Positions 12,782-27,600 of a DNA stretch of 64,000 bases are shown in pieces; the first letter of the stretch is position 1; each line of letters begins with the position of its first letter. The DNA comes from Chrysomallon squamiferum (Eukaryota; Animalia; Mollusca), in contig CM022677.1 of the NCBI GenBank assembly GCA_012295275.1, forward strand, positions 14,694,001-14,758,000, written 5' to 3'. Position numbers and translations under genes: made by a program. The notes below the pieces were generated by a model. The model saw nothing but the letters and a program-made list of their open reading frames with translations. It did not search any database and was not told the DNA's origin.

Positions 12782-13293
12782 TGATTGATGATGACAATAA
12801 CACAATGATGATTTCTAACTACATTATTATGGTGATTATTTTCATGCATGTGTGCACTTTGGTAAATATTAAATATATTTCTGTAACACTGTTAAAAAGC
12901 TGAAATGTTTTAGTTATATTTTATAATTATTTAAAAGAATAAATTACCAATTTGACATCAAAAGAATAAATTCAATTTTAGAAATGCATGCAGGAACATG
13001 CTGTTAAAAGCATTTTCAAGAAAACTAGCTTGATCTTTATTTTATTTTATTGTTACTATTATTATTTTTTAAACTTCTATGGTCACTATTTGGGAAAAGT
13101 GATGAAATAGAAAAACAAAGTGAGAATTAAGCTAAAATCAAAACATATTACAGGTCTGGTATAATAACTAATGATGATGATAATGATGATAAGGATGATG
13201 AAGAGGATTAAAATGGAGACATTTACATGATGATACATGAATATTTTGTAGATGACAAATCAATTACTCTGTAAATAAATGATGTCATTGAAA

Positions 13294-13330
<37 letters not shown>

Positions 13331-13869
13331 TTTGTATATATAAAATATTTGTTTTTGTTATAGTCCCAACTTTTTTAAGAACAGAACTGTTTAAACTAAT
13401 TATTGTTTGATTAGTATTCAAATTAGAACATTTGTAACTTCAAAAACAAACAAAAATGTTTAATATAGATGACAAGCTGATGAAAATAGATGTGGATGAC
13501 TAAATGAAGAAATGATAAACATGCTTTAAACTAATGGATGAAAAAAAATGGTTAATTTTACTTACAAAAGCTGAACTTAATGAATATATGTGATGCTATA
13601 ATGGAACATTGTATTTTATATATTTCTAGTTTACTGGTACCAGCGTTTCCTAATAATAAAGTATAACAATATTTTTAGAAACCTGTATATAAAGGATCAC
13701 TTACCCAATATTTCATTTTGTTTTTTATTTTAATTTATCGATAAATTCACAAAATATGAGAAATGTAAATAAACCTCACAGATTGAGTAAATTAGTGTAA
13801 CAGTGTATGCTGGCATACTCAGTCAGTTACAGCTTTTTGTATGGATTAATGATGTCATGACAGAAAATA

Positions 13870-14169
13870 CAGGGTGTCACAAAAGTAACCGAACCACAAA
13901 CTTAAACAGAATTAGATATTAAAAACAACAAATTTAATCTGTATATTTAGTATTTACAAATGTTCAAAATGTCTACCTTGAACTTCAATACAATCACTGA
14001 AGAACACTACAAACAGGTAACAAAAATCATTCCAGAGTCTACTACTGACACAAGTAAATGAATGGTACAAAAGATAACATAAAATGGTTTAAAAGAGGGA
14101 ATTAAATTTGTTATTTTTAATATCTAATTTTATTTAAGTTTGCAGTTAGGTTACTTTAGGGACACCCTG
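13870..14169. mobile_element. Tc1/mariner-superfamily MITE (300 bp, ~70-bp TIRs, TA target-site duplication)
   Basis: TA|CAGGGTGTCACAAAAGTAACC..AAATTTAAT at left and its inverted near-copy ..GGTTACTTTAGGGACACCCTG|TA at right. The internal minus strand encodes DCIEVQGRHFEHL*, a Tc1/mariner transposase C-terminal motif. Confidence 0.92.
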
Positions 14170-15167
14170 TATAAACTCCACAGAGATAAATGAATAACAA
14201 ATAAATAAACAAAATAATAATAAAAATATAAGAAGAAAAAAAAATCATAAGATAAAGAAAGTATAATGATTGTAGACACAGAAACAATGCTAATGGAAGA
14301 ATGGAAATAATGAAGTATTCTGTGTATATTTGTACACTACAATTACTTTACTTAGTATTGTAGACTTTCCTGCACTAATCCACTTTTCTGACTCTGTATT
14401 GAGAATGCAAAAACACAAAAACTGAGAAGAATGTAAATTGATAGTTAAAGAGCTAAGTTAATGTGTGTGTTTTTCATACCAGTTTTTTTTTTAGAAACTT
14501 CTCTGTCTGTTCTGCTGTCTGTGTGTGTCCCATTCTGATGTTTAGGTAACAACACTTGTCTGTTTTGTGCTGTGTGTCTGAAAAAGTAAAAACAATGTTT
14601 TTTGTTATTGTTTTTATGAGTAACATTATTTACTATTATATCTGTATATTAATACATTTACTGATACTTTTGTTGACAAATATACATATCAGCTATTGGA
14701 TTTCACTTGTGTAGATGCATACAGATAAACTGAGAAACATACACACTCTGAGTTAATGAATAATTAAAACTAAATATTTCTTAAAACAGTCTAAAAATGT
14801 TTGCCAAAATATAAATTTAAATTCTGAATTAAAAAATATAGTATCTTTTAAAAATACTTCATTTTAACCTGATTACTGATAAATATAAATGTTGCTAAAA
14901 TATAACAAATATGAAATAAAGAAGAACTATTTTAGTTAACAACATACACAGCTTGTTTTTACTAGTCCTTTCCATTTTAAAAGATAAACAACAAAACAGC
15001 TAATGAAAAAGAAAACATGTTTCTGCAAAATGAACCGACACCCTTTTTAAACAAGAAACTAAAAATCTGTTTTTAATATACATCTTTCCACAGAAAACAA
15101 AACCTATAACATGATGTTAGCAATATCAGTCACAGATCAGTGGCTAGACTGGTAAACAAGTTTATTA

Positions 15168-15224
15168 GTCCTCCACGTAGGACTGACCCTAGAACCCAAC
15201 AAACTCTAACCACTGAGCCAGTCT
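15168..15224 (-). mobile_element. Possible tRNA-derived SINE head remnant
   Basis: Minus strand gactggctcagtggttagag resembles a Pol III A-box. The B-box is degenerate. Confidence 0.3.
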
Positions 15225-15535
15225 ATCCATCACTACAAACTCAACAAAGTGAATTAAGTGAATACTTACGGAGAAGAGTTTGATTTGTTTAGTTCTTATT
15301 TAGTTTTGTTCCGTTGCTAATGGCTACGTGGTGTTTAGTGACATCTGACCTCTCGTTACCATAGCGATATGCTGAATTAAAATTAATATAAATAATAATA
15401 AACCCTGCAATATAAGGTGTCTTAAAATAAATCTTTGTAAAAATTCCTTTAATATTAACTTTCTTTATTAGCAGCCTGGGAAATACTGACTATTATATAC
15501 TTTAAAGCCTGAAATCATCCATTTTAAATAATAAA

Positions 15536-17251
<1,716 letters not shown>

Positions 17252-17552
17252 GAGAACTGAGTAGAGTTCCTACAAGCAACCAGCTGTCAATCATCTTCTG
17301 AAACCAATAATCCATGTGTGATTATCACTGATCCATGTTGTCTAATCAGCAATCCATCTTTTAAAAACTGATCTGTATATTCTATCCGTTTATCAGTATG
17401 GGCTAACCACTAACCCAACATTTCAGAATCCAGCTTCCTTGATATTGTCAATGCTTATTAGAAAATTAGTTTTGCATTTAAATAAATAAACATTTGAACT
17501 TGTCAAGTTTTCTAACCACTGTAAAACCATTACAATGTGTGGTTTGTCTATG

Positions 17553-17591
<39 letters not shown>

Positions 17592-18955
17592 TACTTCAGT
17601 GGATTTCTGTAAGTAACCATTCAAATCTGGAAAATTCCATGCAATGGGTTCAAAGTCACATGGTTTATTGTGAAGAACTTTACTTAAGTTGAAGAGGAAA
17701 TAATGATTAAATATGTAAGTAAAAACTATTAACTGACATATACACATTATTACTAAACTAATTGTTTTTTGGGGGGATAACAAACCCTGCAAAATGCAGT
17801 CACAAAGAAGAGGTCTTTTTAGACAGTGTCTGTTTTACAGAGGTTGTACTAAGCTGGACAAATTTCAGACACTACACATTTGGACTTGTAACAACTGGAT
17901 TGCTAATACAAAGACTGATGTAGCAGATTTACTTGTGTAATAAATATTCCGTGAAATTCTTCAAGCAGTTTTCTACTATTTGGTCTTACTGAGACCAGTT
18001 TCAGTATAAGGGACCATAAGTAACTGAGAGTTGCATGTGTTAGCAGCAGTTGTGTTCTTTGACAGTGGTGGTGCTGAGGATGGTAATAATAATTACAATA
18101 ACAATAAACATAATAATACAAATGTAATGAGAAATGAAGTAGTGATTGTAAAAAACGATGGATCAAAGTAGTGACTGTGGACGAATAAGGATTTAAATGT
18201 AAACGAGACTAAAGAGTGACAACACAAAACAGAGATGTGACTTTACAAATTTGTGACTAGATATAAAAAAAAAAATGTTAATAAAATAAATTAAATATTA
18301 ATAAAAGTTTCATCTCCATGACAACAAGAAAATGTGTGTCTGTTATTCTATCATGCAAGAAGTTTTATCTAATTTTAAAATTACTATTATAATGATGCAG
18401 AAAAGACATAATAATAACAATAATAATAATTTAATGCAACCAAGATTAAGCCTGACAAGTCACAATTTTAATAATTTTGACATTTCTAAAAGTAAGAATA
18501 AACTTTCCTTCAGCCTGTTATCAACCTACACCTAATTTCACAGTGATTGTTTTCAAACTGTGAGAAATGGTTTTTAGAACTGTCACTAAATGAGGAGGAA
18601 AGGTGGATGTGTTTTAAGTAAAAGACTTACAGGAATGACCAGGAATCAGCCAGAATCTCGAGACATTTGGGCAAACTCTTCTGCAAACTCTTGGAAAGAT
18701 GGACGGCTTTCTGCATCCAATGTCCAACCTGAAATTTGTTTTAATAATCCAAAAATATCCTCAGTGATTTCAACCATGTAATACTGGACACACACACACA
18801 CACACACACAAAATACCCACACTCTAACATTCACACATACAAATACACACACACTCTCTCTCACCCACAATTACACACATTCTCACATACACAAAATACT
18901 CACACACACACACACACACACAAACATACATATTCTCACAACAGAAATACATACA

Positions 18956-19055
<100 letters not shown>

Positions 19056-20110
19056 CACAGACACAGATACACACACACACACAGACACACAGAGTTATGC
19101 ATAATACTGAGAAGCAAACTGCAGTGTCTTTGCCATGACAATGTTTATGACTCACACTGGATCATGATGACGTGAACGTAGGCGGAGCAGATTGTGGGCT
19201 GTCAAAGTCGCTTTCCACTCTTGAAGAAATTAACAACTTCGTGGAGGCAGATGTTGTTGTATGGTGTTTGACCAGTAACCCCTGAACAAAAAAGCAAACA
19301 ATTATTTTTAAAAATTAATCACTTTCATCCTTTCAAATTTGTTTACATCCTGTATCAGTGAAATGTTTTTACTATCACAAAACAAGAACAGAAAATTAAC
19401 ATTCAATATTTCATTAATGAACCTGTAATATTTGTTTTCATACTTTATTATTATTAAAGATTAGTATTAAAAATATTAATTTCAAAATGAGTAAGAGAAA
19501 GATATTTAGACTGTCTGTTCTTACACTTTAACTTTATTATTTATATTTTTCATTCTACAAGCAGGTATTAAAATTGATACATCTTATTCAAATGTCATTT
19601 CTGTATTAAGATTTTTGACATCAGTTTTGTGTGTGAATTTTCTGTCATGTGTGCACTCCAGAGCTAACCACCTGAGTGGCATCTGAAACAGAGAAAAAGA
19701 TTAAAAAACTGTTTTTCATACATTTTCTTTTTTATAGCATAAAATCTGACTTTAATCTTTTCAAAACTTCACTTCTTCAATGTTCCCTATTATTAAGAAA
19801 ACAGAATTTAAACTTTTCAATAGTTAAAATATGAATTTGACAAATTTATCAGTGATTTTGATTAGTAAGAAATGTGAATTACTGTTCCACTCACTTTTCC
19901 ACTAGCAGCTCGGTACTCTTCCTCATTGTAATCAAGAAGTTTAGCTAATCCAAAATCTGTGATCTTCACCTGATTCGTGGTTTGTATTATTATTATTATT
20001 ATTACAATTATTACTTTTATTACTTTCATTATTACTACTATTATGATTATTACTATTACAACTGTTATTACTATTATAATTATTATAGTTATTATGATTA
20101 CTGTTGTTGT

Positions 20111-20149
<39 letters not shown>

Positions 20150-20559
20150 CACTCTTATTATTATTTTATTATTATTGCTGCTATTGTTATTATTACTATT
20201 AGTTGAAATGTTGAAAATGTATTTACCTATTTATTTATTGTTTTGTAAAGCTGACTAACAAAGATTCTAATTAATCTTTCAGAAGGAAAATTTTTTTTAA
20301 AATACAGAAAGAAATAAAACAAAACTACTTTCTATTGGATCTAGGAAACTACACCAATTTAAAAAAAAACAACAACAAAAAAAAAAATAAATAAATAAAA
20401 AAAAAAAAAAAAACAAACAAACAAGAAAATGTGAAATCAAAACTTTATTAAAATGCTTAGTAGACAAAGAATTCTCACCAAGTCCATTTCTTGCAGCTAG
20501 ATCTCTATGGACAATACCCCTTTCCTCTAAATAAATCATTTCCTTAAAACAACTCAATT

Positions 20560-21045
20560 TATATGTTGTGTATGTGTGATTAAGCATGTGGCTGTATGTC
20601 TCTCTGTGTTGTGTGTGTTGTTTGTGTGTGTGTTGTCTGTCTGTGTGTGTATGGGTGTGTGTGGGTGTGTGTGTTGTGTGTGTGGGTGTGTGTGGGTGTG
20701 TGTGGGTGTATGTGAGTATATGTGAGTTGTGTGGGTATGGGTGTGTATGTGTGTATGCGTGTATGCGTGGGTATGGTGTGTATGTGTGTATGTGTGGGTA
20801 TGGTGTGTATGTGTGTATGTGTGTATGGGAGTGTATGGGTGTGTATGGGTGGGTATTGGTGGGTATGGGTGTGTCTGGGTGTGTATGGGTGTGTTTGGGT
20901 GTGTATGGGTGGGTGTGGGTGTGTATGGGTGCATGTGGGTGTGTATGGGTGTGTATGGGAGTGTTGTGTGGGTATGGGTATATATGGGTGTATATGTGAG
21001 TGTGTATGGGTGTGTATGGGTGTGTGTGGGCGTGTATGGGTTTGA
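20560..21045. repeat. Intronic (GT)-rich compound microsatellite (gtgtatggg-like); counterpart at 35895-36420
   Basis: Low-complexity GT/GGGT tract between kinase exons. Confidence 0.9.
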
Positions 21046-21989
21046 CAACACTCACCGTGGCTATCTGACTGCACCAGTTGAGGAGGACTTTAGATCCGAT
21101 GTGGTCTTTGTTTTTTCTCACATAGTCGAGGAGACAGCCAAGTGGCATCAGCTGGGTGATCAACATGGGCTGTGCCGTCATGCACACTGCGAGGATTCTC
21201 ACACAACAAGGATGCTCCACTAACGCCATCACCCTCGCCTCCTCCAACAGCTCTTGTTCTGGTTAGGAGTCCCCTCCTTTAACACTTTAATAGCTACTGG
21301 AATCTTCACATTTTCTCCTTCCGGTATCCAGTATCCCTGACAGTAACAACAACGATAGTAACAACAACAACAACAACAACAACAACAGTAATGATAATAT
21401 TAATAGCAAAAATAATGACAATAATAATAAGAATAATAATAATAGTAGTAATAATAGTAGCAGGACTAGTAGCAGTAGTAGCAACAGTAATGATAGCAAA
21501 GGTAATAATGTAAGTAGTATTGTGATAGTAACAGCAGCAGAAGTAGTAGTAAAGAAGTAGTAGTTGTAATGTAGTAGTAGTTGTAATATAGTAGTATTTT
21601 TAGTAGTAACATTATAATTTTATTCTCACCTTATATACTGTTCCAAACACTCCGGAGCCAACAATTGCTCCTCGTTTCAGTTCCGATTCTTTTATCAGTC
21701 TGAGCTGGGCGAGGTCAGGTTTAGCTGCAGTGGGGGTCAGGGGCTGGAAACAGTTATTTATAGATGCGCACGAGTCTTTACAATCCTGCGTCATGCATTT
21801 GTATCAGATTGAAAACCAATGCGCCATTGTTTTCTTGTGCCAGTGATATCACAATCCACCCACAACACACCCGATCAGAAACAACCCCTCTGTAACTGCT
21901 CCTGAGATTATTAGAATCTTCTTCATTTTATCACTGTGAAACATTTCAGAAAATAATAATAAAAACACAACAATAATAATAATACTAAT

Positions 21990-22620
21990 AAATTTCAGCA
22001 GGTGATAGATTTTGTAAGTGGCCAGGTGGGTGATGTGATAAAAGCTTGTGTACCGAAAGAATGGGACTCTTATGAAATAACACTAGAAGATGTAATACAA
22101 GCCAGAATGATTGCAGAAATTGATGAAATAGAACTGAAAGGTCTAAAAATAAAGGCGAGAATTTTAAAAATTGAAACTGTAGTTGTTTCCTTTTTACACT
22201 TGCCTGCATACATAGAAAATGAAGAAATTGAAGAAAAATTGAAAGAAATGAAAATAGAAATTTTAACACCAATTTATAGCAGAGTATACAAAGGGACAAA
22301 AATAGCAGATGGCACAAGATATGTGAGTGAAATTTCCACCCGAAATAAAAAGTCTACCATATTCAATGAAATTTCGGATATACAAAGGAATAAAATATTT
22401 GGGTGTATATACATGACAATCAGATAAAAGTCTGTTACAATTGTATGGCAGACAATCATTTGTTGAAAGACTGTCCAAGTATAACTTGTCATAATTGTAA
22501 ACAAAAAGGGACATTTTCAAGAAACTGCTCTAAAATGTTTCTGTTTGAAAAGTGTGGAAACAAAGAAGATGAATGTGAGTGTTGGACAGATTATGACAGT
22601 GAAGACACAAAAACAGTGAC
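21990..22620 (+). mobile_element. Non-LTR retrotransposon ORF1-like fragment (L1/Tx1-type, CCHC knuckles), frameshifted, copy 1
   Basis: VVVSFLHLPAYIENEEIEEKL..IADGTRYV..HDNQIKVCYNCMADNHLLKDC..CHNCKQKG, split across ORFs 22002..22427 and 22403..22660. No RT or endonuclease follows. Confidence 0.75.
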
Positions 22621-22626
22621 AGTGAC

Positions 22627-22958
22627 AGTGATGGTATGGAGTATACTAGAGATAATGTAAAATCAAAGGAGAAAAAAGAAAGTGATGGTATGGAGTATAC
22701 TACAGATAATGTAAAATCAAAGGAGAAAAAAGAAAGTGATGGTATGGAGTATACTACAGATAATGTAAAATCAAAGGAGAAAAAAGAAAAAGAAAGTGAT
22801 GGTATGGAGTATACTACAGATAATGTAAAATCAAAGGAGAAAAAAGAAAGTGATGGTATGGAGTATACTACAGATAATGTAAAATCAAAGGAGAAAAAAG
22901 AAAGTGATGGTATGGAGTATACTACAGATAATGTAAAATCAAAGGAGAAAAAAGAAAG
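22627..22958 (+). repeat. 54-bp minisatellite (SDGMEYTTDNVKSKEKKE), ~6 copies
   Basis: Unit agtgatggtatggagtatactacagataatgtaaaatcaaaggagaaaaaagaa. Confidence 0.95.
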
Positions 22959-23045
22959 AGAAGCAAAAAGTATCCACAGGATAAATACAACAGAAAAGAA
23001 AACCAATAAGGAAAAACAAAACTCAGAAAATGGAGAAAAATCTGT

Positions 23046-24432
23046 GATGAAAGTTTGAGAGATGAAAGTTTGAGAGATGAAAGTTTGAGAGATGGAAGTT
23101 TGAGAGATGAAAGTTTGAGAGATGAAAGTTTAAGAGATGAAAGTTTAAGAGATGAAAAAGTTTAAGAGATGGAAGTTTAAGAGATATGATGTTTGAGATG
23201 ATGGATTTTGAGAGATGAAAGTTTGAGAGATGGAAGTTTGAGAGATGAAAGTTTGAGAGATGAAAGTTTGAGAGATGAAAGTTTGAGAGATGGAAGTTTG
23301 AAAGAGATGCCTGGAAGTTTGAGAGATGGAAGTTTGAGAGATGGAAAGTTTGAGAGATGGAAGTTTGAGAGATGAAAGTTTGAGAGATGGAAGTTTGGAT
23401 GTTTGAGAGATGGAAAGTTTGAGAGATGGAAGTTTGAGAGATGGAAGTTTGAGAGATGGAAGTTTGAGAGATGAAAGTTTGAGAGATGGAAGTTTGAGAG
23501 ATGGAAGTTTGAGAGATGAAAGTTTGAGAGATGGAAGTTTGAGAGATGAAAGTTTGAGAGATGAAAGTTTGAGAGATGGAAGTTTGAGATGAAAGTTTGA
23601 GTTTGAGAGATTGGAAAGTTTGAGAGAAAGTTTGAGAGATGGAAGTTTGAGAGATGGAAGTTTGAGAGATGGAAGTTTGAGAGATGAGATGTTTGAGATG
23701 GAAGTTTGAGATGGAAGTTTGAGAGATGGAAGTTTGAGAGATGGAAGTTTGAGAGATGGAAGTTTGAGAGATGGATGTTTGAGAGATGAATGTTTGAGAG
23801 ATTTTGAGAGATGGAAGTTTGAGAGATGGATGTTTGAGAGATGGAAGTTTGAGAGATGGAAGTTTGAGAGATGGATGTTTGAGAGATGGAAGTTTGAGAG
23901 ATGGAAGTTTGAGAGATGGAAGTTTGAGAGATGAAAGTTTGAGAGATGAATGTTTGAGAGATGGAATGTTTGAGAGATGGATGTTTGAGAGATGGATGTT
24001 TGAGAGATGGAAGTTTGAGAGATGGAAGTTTGAGAGATGAAAGTTTAAGAGATGAATGTTTGAGAGATGAAAGTTTGAGATTTTGAGAGATGGAAGTTTG
24101 AGAGATGGATGTTTGAGAGATGGAAGTTTGAGAGATGGAAGTTTGAGAGAAAAAAGTTTGAGATGGAAGTTTGAGAGATGGAAGTTTGAGATGGAAAGTT
24201 TAAGAGATGAAAGTTTGAGAAAAGTTGAAAGTTTGAAAGAGATGAAAGTTTGAGAGATGGAAGTTTGAGAGATGAAAGTTTGAGAGATGGAAGTTTGAGA
24301 GATGGAAGTTTGAGAGATGGAAGTTTAAGAGATGGAAGTTTGAGATATGAAAGTTTAAGAGATGAAAGTTTGAGAGATGGATGTTTGAGAGATGGAAGTT
24401 TGAGAGATGGATGTTTGAGAGATGGATGTTTC
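23046..24432. repeat. 15-bp minisatellite gatggaagtttgaga, roughly 90 copies
   Basis: Variant units with gatgaa/gatgga and agttt/tgttt. Confidence 0.97.
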
Positions 24433-25191
24433 ACTTATTGAAGATGAAAGTTTAGATTACTGAAATTGAGTGACATTTGAGTTGAAAAGATAGAAACCTG
24501 ATTTATGGAAGCTGAAATATATAAAAAACTGAGTAACTGAAAGTTTGAGTTAATGTAGTGAGATAAGTCTGACTTACTGCAGAGAGATAATTTTGAGTTA
24601 AAGAAGTTTGAGGTAATGAAATTACTGAAGTATTCTCATACACAGATTATGTTATTGTTTAATTAATTTTTAGTATTTTTACTTTTGTTTACCTGGACAT
24701 TTCCTCACATATAGAGATCCCAGTGTGAACTTGGCTTCTGGATTAGGCACCATCTTACCAAGGTCAAGGTCATATGTTTACTGCTGGGGACAGTAGGGCA
24801 CACAGGCACCTTCATTCAGGAAATGACGACAAGACTGAAAAAAGCATTAAAAAATAAAACAAATGATAATAATAGTAATAATAATAATAAATATTACTAC
24901 TAATAAATTTGGGTTTCAAATGCACACACATGCAATCACAAACAACAGACAGGGTTACATACAGTTTAGTGAGCTAATGTTTGGTCTGAGGTCAAAGTTC
25001 AACTCACCTGACAGTCGGTGTTCTTGGTTCCGTTACACCCCCCAGCACACTCAGAGTGACAGCACTGGTTCAGCAGTTTCCCATAGCAACGCCCATCACA
25101 TGAGTCAGCACACTCCTCTCCATGACTTACTGAACAACAACAACAAACAATATTAGTAATAATAATAACAATAAGAATAGTAAGAATAATA

Positions 25192-25263
<72 letters not shown>

Positions 25264-25480
25264 TAATAATAATAATAATAATAAAAAATAATAATAATAA
25301 TAATAATAGTAATAAATAATAATAATAATAGTAATAATAAATAATAATAACAGTAATAAATAATAACTATAATAAATAATAATATTACCAGTAATCCAGT
25401 ACTAGTACTATTACTACTAATAATAGAGACAATAATACTTTTTTTTTTTGCAGTATTAGTAGCAGTAATAGTAATAACAA

Positions 25481-25518
<38 letters not shown>

Positions 25519-25789
25519 ATAATAATAATAATAATAATGCTTCTTGTGTTATTCTGTTTTGTTAGAAAGTGTTTAAAATACAGAGCACTTAACATGTATT
25601 GTAGATATTGCAAAATGGAGTTATCTCCCTACATTACAACATGGCTGAAAACAATTTTCCAGTGATTCGTATATTAAAAAAAAAAAAAAAAAAAAAAGAT
25701 AATAAGCAAAGATAATCAGTATGTATTTAAAGACTAAAGTGATAATTAAATATGTGACACTAACACTGTTTTTTCTGATTTAAGACTAA

Positions 25790-25922
25790 ACTGACATTGT
25801 GACTTACATTTCTGACACTGTGACTTACATTTCTGACATTGTGACTTACATTTCTGACATTGTCACTTACATTTCTGACATTGTGACTTACATTTCTGAC
25901 ACTGTCACTTACATTTCTGACA
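25790..25922 (-). repeat. 21-bp tandem array of exon end plus GTAAGT donor (six donors)
   Basis: Plus-strand cttac at 25803, 25824, 25845, 25866, 25887 and 25908. Minus unit tgtcagaaat|gtaagt[c/g]aca[a/g]. Confidence 0.92.
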
Positions 25923-26239
25923 CATGTTTGGTCCTGGTCCCCAGCAGTGACGTTTCTTTGTTGTTGGCATGTAACAGTTCGGATGACATTCTTCACCTGC
26001 AAAATAAATAAATAAATAAATAAAAAAAAAACAAACAAATAAATAAAAAAATAAATAAATAAAAAAAAAATAAAAAAAAAATAAAAATAAAAATAAAAAT
26101 AAAATAGAAATATATGTAAAACAAAGAAACAAAGAATTATTAAAATTCATTAATATCAAAAGGAAAATTTAATAAAATTTAATTATATTAAGAAAAGAGA
26201 TTTAAATACATATACAGTATTTATTAATAAATGAATGAA

Positions 26240-26290
<51 letters not shown>

Positions 26291-26493
26291 TATATAATAA
26301 AAGACACAGATTTAAATAAATATAAATATTAATTAACAAATGAATATATATAGACATAAGCATGTGTATGTATGTGTGTGTGTGTACATATGTGTAAGTG
26401 TGTATAAGCATGTGTAGGTATGTGTGTATGTGTGTTGTGTATCTGTTATTGTGTGGCTGTGTATACATAAACACATGTTTGTTCTATACATAT

Positions 26494-26529
<36 letters not shown>

Positions 26530-27164
26530 TTAAATAATCTAACATTTTCCTATTAAATTTGTATATTTGATGAGACGAGAAATCTTAAAACAGTACAGGT
26601 AACAAAGTTTACCTGAGTAATCACTTTTCTGTTGATTACCCTGCGAGTCAAAATAGACTTTGTTCTTGTAACAGTTACATGTGTTACAACCAGTTAAAGA
26701 TGATAATGAAGAGAAAAAGTCTGTACAGGATGTGCAAATTTCCACTTTGTTAGAAACAGGCATAGAGGAGGTGAAACTGTAAGGGGTGTTGTAGTTTTTA
26801 TATCAGTGTTAATAAAATGAAGGTGACTGTTTTTCAGTGAGGTTTCACCAACAGGATCAGTTTTTGTCTGAGCAAGTAGTAGCATTCTCCTGTTCTGAGT
26901 AGAACTCGGTGAATGAATTATCAAAATCTGTAACAGACTTTTTACTATCTATGAGAAGGTATTTATAACATATTTTTTCTTGCTGACCAGTGCAAGCAAT
27001 TATCTGTTTGTTATATCTATCTTCATGATTTACTGGATATACACTGACAGACAGATACACAGACAGACAGAAAGACTGGCACACACAGAGACAAATACTC
27101 ACATGGTCAGATATAACCCACTTCATGTTTAAACCCTTCCATCCATCCAAATAATGATCTCTCC

Positions 27165-27580
27165 TTCAATACATCTATATATATCCATCTTTACATGTAT
27201 CTATATTATATCCATCTATATATATCTATAAATATATCTATATATATCCATCTATAAATACATCTATATATATATATCTATAAATATATCTATATATATA
27301 TCTGTAAATACATCTATATCCATCGATACATATATCTATATATATCCATCTGTAAATACATCTATATATATCTATATTATATCCATCTATAAATATATCT
27401 CTGTATATCCATATATAAATATCTGTAAATCTGCATATAAATACATGTGTATATCCATCTATAAATACATATGTATATCCATCATAAATACATATGTATA
27501 TCTATGTATAAATACATCTGTATACTTATGTATAAATATATCTGTATATCTATTTATAAATACATTTATATATTCAATAT
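27165..27580. repeat. AT-rich low-complexity tract (tatccatctataaata-like); counterpart at 42395-42850
   Basis: Degenerate tata/atct repeats. Confidence 0.8.
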
Positions 27581-27600
27581 ATTCATCCATGCATCAAATG

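Noticed and set aside
20554-21223. His/Thr/Pro-rich and Val/Cys/Gly-rich ORFs (also 35794-36598)
   Set aside because: Intronic GT-rich microsatellite; only the flanking kinase exons are coding.
23046-24441. CRISPR-like or protein-coding (RDGSL/FERWK) reading of the 15-bp array
   Set aside because: Head-to-tail units with no unique spacers, frequent frame-breaking indels, eukaryotic context and no cas genes.
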